IMG/VR virus record: IMGVR_UViG_3300035145_002886
From: a virus
Reading direction: 5' to 3' (one strand)
Length of the DNA: 64,000 nucleotides
How positions within the stretch are numbered: position 1 is the first letter of the stretch; the number at the start of each line of letters is the position of its first letter. Shown piece after piece: positions 25,235-34,845 of this stretch. The position numbers were made by a program, and so were the translations under genes. The notes beneath the pieces are model-generated. The model was not told the origin of the DNA and did no database searches. It was given only the letters and a program-made list of their open reading frames with translations.

Positions 25235-27118
25235 TTACGCGCCTTGAAATTGTACTCCACCACCTGTCGAATATGTCGTTCTACCGGTGTTAACTATTGT
25301 TGGCATATTAAAGCTAAACGCTATCTCCATCGGCGTCGATGTTGTACTAGCAAGTCTATTAATTTGACCTGGAGAAAGAGACTTTTTCCTCATTTGTAAG
25401 TCTGTTGCAGAGTTAGATGTTGCTACATTTTGCTGTATGAAATATAGTTTAATAAAGTTTTTACCGGGTGGAATTAATCCAAATATTTCAACATTTTGAT
25501 ATTCTTCAACGTGTTGAGTACTTGAAGTATGAGTATTTATATCAACTCCCCATATTTTAACATCAACTAAGATATCCGAGTCGCTGCTATTAATAAATGG
25601 GAACTGGCTTGCGGCAAGATTTGTTCCGCCATTTTCTCCTAATCCAATAACTAATGTATCGTTAATATCATCCGCATTTGCGTTGTCAGGGAAAGTAGCA
25701 GGTAATTGCAATTCATAATATCCATTAACAAAAACTTGGTGACCTATCTTTGTATATGTTACCTTAGTAGTATCTTCTTTTACAAATTCTCCCGCACCTG
25801 TTCCTTGTGAGAACCAACTAACAGTTAATCCATCATTATTAGCATATCCAAAAACCAAACTATCTCCGCTGGTTGCGGCTGGATCGTAAGAATCCATATA
25901 GAAGTAGTCGTTTAAGTTCCTTGTTGATTCAGCTGAACCATTACTTGGCGATGAATATTGAACTGTATTTCCAGGAGGAAGACTATTTGGCTGTAAAGCC
26001 CCGGCAGGATAAATTATACCCTCATCATTTCCAAGAATATAAATATCATGACCACTATCTAATTCGATGTCTTGATATACGTTAACTACGCTGTTACTAG
26101 TCTTAATTACATCTGATCCAGTAGTGTCCTTAATCTTTACTTCAGTACTTGAAACGCTAACCATCTTATTTCCTTGAGCAACAAGATTAATTTTAAGATT
26201 TTCGCTATCCGCATAATCATTATCCTGTTCTACTGAAACATAGACTGTTTTTGTTGAGTTAGAAAGTCTTTGAAAATCTCTCCAAACTCCGGTGTAACCT
26301 TCAAATTTACCAGTCGTACTATTGTATCTAAACATACCAGTAGTAGGCGTAAATATTGATGGATCTCTCTGTGCTGTTGTTCCAACAGGTGCCTTTAAGT
26401 AGCTTGTTGAATTAACAGAAACATAATCAGCAAAATTAGCAGCTCCAGTAACGTCAAGATAGCCTGAAACGTCAGCTCCGTCGTTATGTATATTAGTTAC
26501 TCCATTTCCTGTGATTTGAACATCATCTGCCGCATCAATATTAACATTTCCATCTGAAGCAACGCTAATTAGTTTTGCATTTATTAGAATTTCAGTGTCT
26601 GTTCCTTGTCCTTCCGGTTGAATGATCCACTTAGTTGCAGGGTCTTGACCAGTTCCAGCCTCTCCTCTGATTGATAAATTATCAACTCCGGTTGCAGGTA
26701 CCCATTTTTGATTATAGAAATACGAGTCTGCATATACCGTCAACTGTGCTGATGGGTCTAATTCTCCATCGGAGTTACCTTCATCATATGAAGGGTCTCC
26801 AATAATAATAGCTGCTTGATCGTCCCCTGTATTATTTTTAGGTTTTATCACATATGATGTTACACCTTGAGTTGTACTTGCAAATCGATCCCAGTAATCT
26901 GTTGATGTTCCAGTAGACCCTTTTTCTCCAAGGTCTCCTTTATCACCTTTATCTCCTGTTGAACCAATGATTCCTGTAGGACCAACGGCTCCTTTATCAC
27001 CTTTAGGGCCTTCCTTACCTCCAGTTGCGATAATTTGGTCAAAGTTATAATTAACCTTTTCCCATTTGATCGAATCACTGTCGCTTGGATATAGTATTTC
27101 TTGAATATTAATCGGCAT
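25235..27118 (-). CDS. Tail fibre protein with collagen-like segment
   Basis: Gly-X-Y run at aa 34-70, GMFRYNSTTGKFEGY fibre motif, C-terminal YTKIGHQVFVNG. Confidence 0.75.
   Translation of the reverse strand: MPINIQEILYPSDSDSIKWEKVNYNFDQIIATGGKEGPKGDKGAVGPTGIIGSTGDKGDKGDLGEKGSTGTSTDYWDRFASTTQGVTSYVIKPKNNTGDDQAAIIIGDPSYDEGNSDGELDPSAQLTVYADSYFYNQKWVPATGVDNLSIRGEAGTGQDPATKWIIQPEGQGTDTEILINAKLISVASDGNVNIDAADDVQITGNGVTNIHNDGADVSGYLDVTGAANFADYVSVNSTSYLKAPVGTTAQRDPSIFTPTTGMFRYNSTTGKFEGYTGVWRDFQRLSNSTKTVYVSVEQDNDYADSENLKINLVAQGNKMVSVSSTEVKIKDTTGSDVIKTSNSVVNVYQDIELDSGHDIYILGNDEGIIYPAGALQPNSLPPGNTVQYSSPSNGSAESTRNLNDYFYMDSYDPAATSGDSLVFGYANNDGLTVSWFSQGTGAGEFVKEDTTKVTYTKIGHQVFVNGYYELQLPATFPDNANADDINDTLVIGLGENGGTNLAASQFPFINSSDSDILVDVKIWGVDINTHTSSTQHVEEYQNVEIFGLIPPGKNFIKLYFIQQNVATSNSATDLQMRKKSLSPGQINRLASTTSTPMEIAFSFNMPTIVNTGRTTYSTGGGVQFQGA
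26909..27019 (-). repeat. Collagen-like (Gly-X-Y)12 repeat
   Basis: GKEGPKGDKGAVGPTGIIGSTGDKGDKGDLGEKGSTG. Confidence 0.85.
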
Positions 27119-27119
27119 T

Positions 27120-30100
27120 TTACGATTGTATTTTTATCAAGGCTCTTATGCTATAAGAATAACCTAGCTTTTTGTTATATATTAACCTAAAATTAAGTGA
27201 CTTTTTACCGTGAACCTCATATGTGAAGTTGTTGTCACTTTCATATCCATCATTATCGATCAAATCGATTGACGTCGATGAAACAACTTCAGAACCGGAT
27301 CCCTTAAATTTATTTGTGTAAATATCGATACTATCAATATTATATAGAGGAACCATGTTGTCAAGAGCATATAAGATTATGTCATCTGTAACGGTTTCTT
27401 TGTCTCCGGCTGAATTAGAAGGGTCAACGAATTTTTCGATCGTCTCACTTAATCCGTCCTCTCCAATTATTTTTGCAATCAAACCATCCATATAAAAATC
27501 GACAAGTATTACATCTTTGTCTTCAAAGAATACCACGTCTGTAGTATTATTTGACTTAAGTTTAATTCCATCAAGAGTAGTCTCAGAATTAACAGAAGAT
27601 GTTGTAAATTCATAAATTGAATAAGAAGGTTTCGTTTTAACAGCTGAAGAACCTAAGTACGATTTTTCTTCAAGTGTTGATATTGTTCCCGGAACCTTAT
27701 CAACTCCTCCTCCATTTAGAGACCTTGTGTAATACCCAGCCTCCCACGAAGACTTAAAGACATTTACATCTTTCTTGTCAATTGCTACCTCTCCAATTAG
27801 AGGGTACTGTGGAAGATACTCACTACTTTCTGACAATTTAGTTACTGAAAGAGTATTAATCTCATTAACCTTATGATAGAAGTGGTTCTTAATCATTCCC
27901 CAATCTCCATCATGTTCTCCTCCATCACTAATAAACCCAAGATTGAAAGCAACTCCAAGTCTGTTAAATTTATTATAGAATGCAAGAGACTTATAAATGT
28001 CATATGTTGAAGAAATTCTCATCTTGTAGTATGGCTCTTTCAGTGATCTATTAAATGGCTCATAGTCTTTTTGGTTTCTTAGAACCTTGTTAAAACTATA
28101 AACATCGGTAAACGTAACAACTGGTTTTAAACCAACTGTGTAATTTCCATTGTGTCTAATTAGGAAAGGATAGTAAGGATTTTGACTTACAATATCATAT
28201 CCAATAGTATCTTTACTAAGTTTAAACGACTTTGGTCTATTTGTATCGTCAACTGCAACAAGCGTTGATTCCTTAACAATTTCATTACCATCGTCTAGGG
28301 TAACGGCATATTGATTGGTTAAACTCGTTCCATTTTCAGAAATAGTAGTAAATGTTACCTCTCCAGGATTATTATTAACCAAGTTGCTAAAGTAATTAGC
28401 CGAAAGCTGGTTAAATAAAACCTCATATGCATTAACTCCACCTCCAATATATGTATACGTTGCTGCAGTCTGAACGGAGAAAGGTATTGCCAATGGGTTT
28501 AAGTTAACCTTTAACCCAGTATTTGTATCTATGTAATATGGAGGGCTTGAAATTTGTAATTGATCTTTTCCTAAGACACTCACAACATCAATAAATATGT
28601 CCTCACCATTTGGCGAGTAGGTTTGCCCATAATCTATCTTGATTCTTCCAAACGTACCATCCCTTCCTGGAGCTATTTGTTGGTCAAACTTAGGTAATGT
28701 TCCATCGTTATGTTCTATTCCATTAGCAACATACGGACCAGGTTGGTTAAATTGAATGTTTGTTACATCAATGGCACCATCAATTTCAACATCAGCATAG
28801 ACGTAAATAGGGTTACCGGTTGTATCAAACGAGCTTACGATTCTATGTTGAAGCTCATACAAGTATTTTCTATTAATATAGTTAACAAACGAGTCATCAA
28901 TATTAATATCGATCATTAAGATTATAAACTTAAACTTATCATTCTTGATAAACTCATAATCTATTGAATTGGTTCCCGAGTTAGTTCTTGTCTTAGCTAG
29001 AACTGAGAATCTGTAACCGTTAAAATCAGTGTTCTTTACAAACTCTGTTGCAACTATAGACTGGTCCTCTTTTCTCTTTTTAAACTTGAATTTTAACCCT
29101 TTAAATATCGTAGAACTAAAATCAGCATCAGAACCTCCATCAATTAGAGTATATTTCTTGGTTAGATTTGCTTTCGACCAGAAAATTGGATTGTATAGAA
29201 CTCCTCCATCATTGATAAATGTTGAAGTTTCCGTTCCTTCTCCAACCATGAATCTATCGAAATAATCATATTGAGTCGATTCAAATAGAGACTTTGTTAT
29301 TTCAAAATCATTTACGAAATTAATGTAACTAAAGCCCTTGTTAAAGTCATCTGAATATGCTTCAATATTTCCAGAATTTACAGTATCTGGCATAAAGTAA
29401 TTTGGCCAATTATCAATGTAGAACCACTCATGTGTAAATGATCCAGGTTCTCTTCCCTCTTTTGTTATGTCGGGAGAGAAATTAGTTCTACCAAAAGCTT
29501 CATTAGTATTCAAGTGATATGGCTCCTCTCTAACCGTAGTACCGTCTTTCAGAACCCATTTGTTAATCGTAGGAACAACTCTTGAATGTGTTGATTTTTC
29601 CTTTGTGTAGTTTTCTTTAAGTCTATCGTACTCGCTGTAAATCTTCTCAGCCTCAACTGTTTTAGAGTCTTCATTCTTTAGTAGTGGTAATAGATTTCCA
29701 AAGTAGTCTATTGGGTCGTCTCCAAATTCAGGAGAGATAATTTCATTCTTAGAATCTTCGAGTGTTCCAACACCAAGAATTACGGCTGGGTCATTTGAAT
29801 CTACTTGAGGTTGATATGTTACGTTAGTTGAATTTTCAAGCTCTAGCTCCTTCAAGTCTGAATTTGAAGTACTATAGAAATCAAAGTCCATGTCATACAT
29901 ATCATACGCTGAGAATAGACCTAACGTAATCCTATTGTTTGCAAAGATATTATAGTCTCTAGTCTTTAGAACATTCTTATCTTTTAATACTAATTTTTTA
30001 TATGTTCCATTTCTATTAACAGTGTCGTCAGAAATGTGAAGTACTTTGTTATAAACACCAGTGTAATTTGTTGGAATAAAGTCTCCAGCCTCAATAACGC

Positions 30101-33100
30101 CAACCGTCTCGGCAGGAACATATACTGATTTTCCAGCTGAATTACCTCCTGTAAAGAAGTGAGCATTAAATAGGGAAAGTATGTCGTCTCCAAGATTTAA
30201 TTTATTTGAAGTATCTACATTTTCAGCTTGAATAAACTGAGTTAGATTAGAACTTCTAATTAATAGAGTCGCATTTTTTAAGTCATATCCATTTACATTG
30301 CTCTTAACATATACATCATCTCCGATGCTATATGAGTCGAAGCCACTATTATTTCTTATAGCGCTTGATAGAGCAAACGCAATATCACTATAAGACCCAA
30401 GCCCAGAGAAGCTATCGTTGGTAAACCTCTTTCTTCCAAGAACTCCTGAAATATCAGCAAAGAAGTTACCGATCGTTGGATTAACATTTGTGTAAATCTC
30501 GTCAGCTGCAATAATTGTAGAACCGGTTGAAGTAACAACTAACTCATTGTCTACCAAGTTTGACTTTCTCTCGGTAAATACAATTGAATTGTTTTGATTT
30601 GTTATTTCTAAGCTTAAATCGTATCTATTGTAAAACGCATGTTCAGCCGCTGAATAGATTCCTGTATTGTTTGCAATGTCATCTGTGATATCGCTCCATT
30701 TTGAAGATAGGTTATTCCATGTATCATTTCCAGTAGCTCCTGTAGAAAACTCAACGTAATTACCCGCAAAATCAGTTATTGTAATTGTTTCACCATTTAC
30801 ATTCTTAATAACTTTAAATCTTACCGCCTCTTTTTTAATCATTGAAACCTTAATCGAGTCATTTAACCCAGGAGTTCCAACAATTTTAAACTTAACATAA
30901 TCAGCGTCAGCGCTTGGGTTGTTGACCAACTCAGCACTAACCTCTTTACTCGTGATTCCAAGCTTAGACTTTACAATATTGTCCTCTGCACTAATAGAAA
31001 CATTAAACTTTTTGGCGTCGTATGTTTTTAGAGGATCAAGTGTATAAAAATCATCTCTAATTTTTGCATATGCTAAAAGGCCAGTATCTCTTAATAAAGT
31101 ATGTTCCGGAATAGCAAATGTCGGGTCTCCTCCTTGTAGATATGAATCAATATCTTTAAATTTAATTATTCCATCTTGTACATAAGAGACTTCACCAATT
31201 CCTGAATCAAAATCGTCAACATATAAACCAAAGTATCTGTTAACTGAATATTCATCAGCAGTTGGATCGTCAAACATAAACTCTAAGTTAACCAAGTTAG
31301 CACATGCTACCTTGTTTCTTCTAAACCCATCGGTAATAAAGTCATTTGCATCGATCATCGAAAGATCAGACTTTACATAATCATCATAGATGTATTCTCC
31401 CTTTTGAACAAAACCACCTTTAATCAAGTCAATTCCATTAAACGTTGATTTCTCACCTTCTTCCATTGTTACTGTGATTGGAGAGCTTGGGAAAAACTCA
31501 TCTTGAACATATGACCTTAAGTATTTACCAATTGAACTTTGTTTTGAAAGATCAAATACCTTCACAATTTCTGAGTTTGCAACTGCTTTTAAGATTCTAC
31601 TCTTTTTGTCCGCTGCTCCATCTCCTAAATCTAAATCAGGGTTAGGATCGTTTAATCGATAAATTACAAATTTCTTAGGCACATTTAAGTCTAACCAAAT
31701 TGGAGCAAAAATTCTGTATTCCTCGTCATACAACTTAGACTTATTCAGTTTTGTACCGTATTGATACATTTCTTCGATTTGTTTTCTATATTGATCCAAT
31801 ACAGAAAAGTCTGAGTATTCTCTAAATACATCGAAGGTTGAATCAATCGGTGTTTTATTATCACTGTAGAATCTAGAAACGTCATACGCGTAATTAGAAT
31901 CTGCACTAATTTCATATCTCTTGTATTTTGAATCTGCTAAATTTTGATTAGCATCGAAAGAATCCATATAGATGTTATCTAAGCCATCAACAACAACCTT
32001 AACGTTAGTGCTGAGTTTTGGATTAGTTCTTAAAAGAGGCTTTGATACATTATCTAGCTCGTAGTTCTTTTCAATGTCCATATTTGGACCAGGAACTATA
32101 GGGGCAGGAGTCTCATACTCTGCCATCGTATAGAGTAATGGACTATTTGCAATCGCACAGTTTCCACAGTCTGGGAATAGTGAAACAACTTCTAAACTTC
32201 CAATTCCAATTTCAGAAGGAGAAACATCAACTACATTTGGATAGTAGTTTTCCAATAATAATTTTGCAGCGTCAATATCGTCAGAATAGACTCTATGTAC
32301 ATATTCCAAACACTGGCATACTCCATTATCAGCACTTGAAAGTACAAGCTTATTCTGAACCTTCATATAATCAATAAGATCAGATATTGGGCTTGTCTCT
32401 CCGAACCTGTGTAAACCATCTACAACATACATTGAGTGTGCATCAAAGCTGGTTGGTGAAGACTGGTATATTGCGGTAGGATTACATCCATAGAATACGT
32501 AAAATGCGTTATATCCTCCGTCGCTTAATTCTTCTGCCTCGCTAATTGAAGGTCTTACAACTGTAGGACATGTAAGTCCATTTGTCATAGCAGTGTTAGG
32601 TATCTGCTGGTATGTTGTTTGTACGTTTCCAGAAGAATCTCTACCGATATAATACCCTCCAGTAAATTGTAAATACTCATTACTTACAATACTATTGTCA
32701 GCAGCCATTAATAACACGTCACTACCCCCACCAACAATTAAATTATAGTCGCTATTAATTGCAGCCTGTTCGGTAGTATATAGGTAAATATTATATTGTG
32801 CTAACGTTATTAAATCGACTGCTGACGCTGCCATATAATAAAGAGTGGTTGTCTCTTTTGGATAGTGACAAATTGATAAGACATTATTGCTTGCGTCGCA
32901 TTTCGCTAAATTAACATCAATTGACCTAGGAGTAAGGTTCCCACCTAAAATACAGTTACCCGTAGTTCCCCATCCGCTTGCACCTATAAATTGTGTATAA
33001 AATACGGTGTTTTCTCCATAATACCCTAATGGGGCAAAGCCACTTGTTAATGTCTGGGGACAATAATAAAATCCAACTGCATCATCTAGGTTTGTAAATA

Positions 33101-34790
33101 AAGGAATGTTATAATCATTAACTATTTCGTCATATGTTAAAACTTCTCCGCCATAATAATAATAGAATGTAGTCGATGCTGCAGAATCACAATAATCAGC
33201 AGCATCGTTAGAATAGTATAGACTTATTTCTGTACCTGCACTTGGAATATTATTTGCGCACTTAAATGGAAGATATGCGTTTAACGCAACTCCACTTAAA
33301 GAATCAAAGTTTTGATAATCAAATGAATCACCATCCGCATGTTGCCAATCACCATTAGTATCAAATAGGTAAAACTCATTAATGTCATCACCATAGTAAC
33401 CTGCAAATTGACCACCAAATGGTCGCATTCCAGGATGGGTTGTTAAATCAGAAATAGAAACAGTCTCTGGTGGAGGACATGTTTCAAATATGTAAAGAGT
33501 TTCTGGAGTACCTGCGTTTTCTTGATTGTATATTAATTCTTCAATTGAATAAAATTCAGTACCGCTTAGATAATAAAAAGTTACCTGACCTCTTTCAGCA
33601 CAATATTCGCCGTTTGGAAGGTTAGGATCAGTCGGAGAAAAGTATGCCGTCAATGACCTTATTTCAGGATAGCCTAAACCATCAAAAACACATGGCGTTG
33701 GATATTGACCATCAATTCTCCCTCCGTTTTGTAATCTCCAAGGAGCTATTGAGCCTGCAACCGTATTATCAAATGCTACTTCTGAAATCCATCCATTTTC
33801 AGGAGGTTCACCCGGTGAACCTGAAGTATCAGTTATAAATGTAAATATATTATTGCTAAAAAGCTGCGACAGTGTCATTCCAATCTGAGCACCTGGGCTA
33901 GAAGGAGAATAATATAACCTATATTGTCCGCTTAGCGCTCCTGGATCAGCAGCAGTTCCATTTATTCCGTATAAATCATCATGATTTGAAAGACATGGAT
34001 CATTCCCATTACCTGCAACTGTTACATCGTTCTTATAAAAAACATCAACGAAATAATTACCATTAGGAGAAGTAAGCCCTTCGTCATCTAATATCGTAAT
34101 ATTAGCTTCAGGTGTTGTAATCGTCGCTCCTGTAGATGGACTAGTTGTTTCAGCTAGGGTAAGGGTAAGTGTCTCATTGTTTGAGTCAGCGTCATTATTA
34201 ACCTCAATTTCTATATAGTTTGTCCCACTTTGATTAAATGTAAGTGTGTTTGTAAGAAGCTGAACGCTGCTTCCACTATATGTCATTGTAACTGATAAAT
34301 CAACTTGACTAAATATATTCGTAGCAATTACACCAAGCTGAAACGTCTCTGTTTGGTTTGTTTCAGCGAATGTATATGTTGATTGTTCAAACCCGATTTG
34401 GGTTATTGTCGAAGCACATGTTGTTGGGTTAGGTTGAATTTGCCCACTACTTACTTGAAAAACGTCTGAATCAGTTAATTGGCTCCCGTCAAATTTACCA
34501 TTTGAGTAAACTCCATCCGGCGGTAAATCACTTGGGTCTAAATCTACAGAAGCATAAATAGTAATACTTGCTTCTTGAAGCTCTGCGAGCGTTGCATTTG
34601 CTCCTATTTGTTGACCTTGTCCATTATCAAGAGTCTCGTCGTACCATACAAGATATCCGTCACCAGAAGAGGTTAACGCTGTTTGCCCTAATCCATCAAG
34701 CGGTTCATCATGATTACCTGGACATGGATCTCCATTATTACCTAAAACGGTAGATGGATTTTTGTAGTATATGAGCATGCTTACTGCCAT
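27120..34790 (-). CDS. Giant (2556 aa) virion protein with N-terminal Calx-beta and Cys-spaced repeat modules
   Basis: IGFEQSTYTFAE...LTFNQSG...DSNNETLTLTL...ITILDDE (about 34080-34400) fits Calx-beta; duplicated YYKN/FYKN...GN...DPC..NHD[ED] modules. Confidence 0.65.
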   Translation of the reverse strand: MAVSMLIYYKNPSTVLGNNGDPCPGNHDEPLDGLGQTALTSSGDGYLVWYDETLDNGQGQQIGANATLAELQEASITIYASVDLDPSDLPPDGVYSNGKFDGSQLTDSDVFQVSSGQIQPNPTTCASTITQIGFEQSTYTFAETNQTETFQLGVIATNIFSQVDLSVTMTYSGSSVQLLTNTLTFNQSGTNYIEIEVNNDADSNNETLTLTLAETTSPSTGATITTPEANITILDDEGLTSPNGNYFVDVFYKNDVTVAGNGNDPCLSNHDDLYGINGTAADPGALSGQYRLYYSPSSPGAQIGMTLSQLFSNNIFTFITDTSGSPGEPPENGWISEVAFDNTVAGSIAPWRLQNGGRIDGQYPTPCVFDGLGYPEIRSLTAYFSPTDPNLPNGEYCAERGQVTFYYLSGTEFYSIEELIYNQENAGTPETLYIFETCPPPETVSISDLTTHPGMRPFGGQFAGYYGDDINEFYLFDTNGDWQHADGDSFDYQNFDSLSGVALNAYLPFKCANNIPSAGTEISLYYSNDAADYCDSAASTTFYYYYGGEVLTYDEIVNDYNIPLFTNLDDAVGFYYCPQTLTSGFAPLGYYGENTVFYTQFIGASGWGTTGNCILGGNLTPRSIDVNLAKCDASNNVLSICHYPKETTTLYYMAASAVDLITLAQYNIYLYTTEQAAINSDYNLIVGGGSDVLLMAADNSIVSNEYLQFTGGYYIGRDSSGNVQTTYQQIPNTAMTNGLTCPTVVRPSISEAEELSDGGYNAFYVFYGCNPTAIYQSSPTSFDAHSMYVVDGLHRFGETSPISDLIDYMKVQNKLVLSSADNGVCQCLEYVHRVYSDDIDAAKLLLENYYPNVVDVSPSEIGIGSLEVVSLFPDCGNCAIANSPLLYTMAEYETPAPIVPGPNMDIEKNYELDNVSKPLLRTNPKLSTNVKVVVDGLDNIYMDSFDANQNLADSKYKRYEISADSNYAYDVSRFYSDNKTPIDSTFDVFREYSDFSVLDQYRKQIEEMYQYGTKLNKSKLYDEEYRIFAPIWLDLNVPKKFVIYRLNDPNPDLDLGDGAADKKSRILKAVANSEIVKVFDLSKQSSIGKYLRSYVQDEFFPSSPITVTMEEGEKSTFNGIDLIKGGFVQKGEYIYDDYVKSDLSMIDANDFITDGFRRNKVACANLVNLEFMFDDPTADEYSVNRYFGLYVDDFDSGIGEVSYVQDGIIKFKDIDSYLQGGDPTFAIPEHTLLRDTGLLAYAKIRDDFYTLDPLKTYDAKKFNVSISAEDNIVKSKLGITSKEVSAELVNNPSADADYVKFKIVGTPGLNDSIKVSMIKKEAVRFKVIKNVNGETITITDFAGNYVEFSTGATGNDTWNNLSSKWSDITDDIANNTGIYSAAEHAFYNRYDLSLEITNQNNSIVFTERKSNLVDNELVVTSTGSTIIAADEIYTNVNPTIGNFFADISGVLGRKRFTNDSFSGLGSYSDIAFALSSAIRNNSGFDSYSIGDDVYVKSNVNGYDLKNATLLIRSSNLTQFIQAENVDTSNKLNLGDDILSLFNAHFFTGGNSAGKSVYVPAETVGVIEAGDFIPTNYTGVYNKVLHISDDTVNRNGTYKKLVLKDKNVLKTRDYNIFANNRITLGLFSAYDMYDMDFDFYSTSNSDLKELELENSTNVTYQPQVDSNDPAVILGVGTLEDSKNEIISPEFGDDPIDYFGNLLPLLKNEDSKTVEAEKIYSEYDRLKENYTKEKSTHSRVVPTINKWVLKDGTTVREEPYHLNTNEAFGRTNFSPDITKEGREPGSFTHEWFYIDNWPNYFMPDTVNSGNIEAYSDDFNKGFSYINFVNDFEITKSLFESTQYDYFDRFMVGEGTETSTFINDGGVLYNPIFWSKANLTKKYTLIDGGSDADFSSTIFKGLKFKFKKRKEDQSIVATEFVKNTDFNGYRFSVLAKTRTNSGTNSIDYEFIKNDKFKFIILMIDINIDDSFVNYINRKYLYELQHRIVSSFDTTGNPIYVYADVEIDGAIDVTNIQFNQPGPYVANGIEHNDGTLPKFDQQIAPGRDGTFGRIKIDYGQTYSPNGEDIFIDVVSVLGKDQLQISSPPYYIDTNTGLKVNLNPLAIPFSVQTAATYTYIGGGVNAYEVLFNQLSANYFSNLVNNNPGEVTFTTISENGTSLTNQYAVTLDDGNEIVKESTLVAVDDTNRPKSFKLSKDTIGYDIVSQNPYYPFLIRHNGNYTVGLKPVVTFTDVYSFNKVLRNQKDYEPFNRSLKEPYYKMRISSTYDIYKSLAFYNKFNRLGVAFNLGFISDGGEHDGDWGMIKNHFYHKVNEINTLSVTKLSESSEYLPQYPLIGEVAIDKKDVNVFKSSWEAGYYTRSLNGGGVDKVPGTISTLEEKSYLGSSAVKTKPSYSIYEFTTSSVNSETTLDGIKLKSNNTTDVVFFEDKDVILVDFYMDGLIAKIIGEDGLSETIEKFVDPSNSAGDKETVTDDIILYALDNMVPLYNIDSIDIYTNKFKGSGSEVVSSTSIDLIDNDGYESDNNFTYEVHGKKSLNFRLIYNKKLGYSYSIRALIKIQS

Positions 34791-34819
34791 TCGAACTTAA
34801 TAATTTTATAGTACTATAC

Positions 34820-34827
34820 TATATATC
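34820..34827 (-). promoter_or_regulatory. GATATATA motif upstream of the giant virion gene
   Basis: Intergenic, 30 nt before the ATG at 34790. Confidence 0.55.
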
Positions 34828-34845
34828 AGTAAAACATACTGATGA

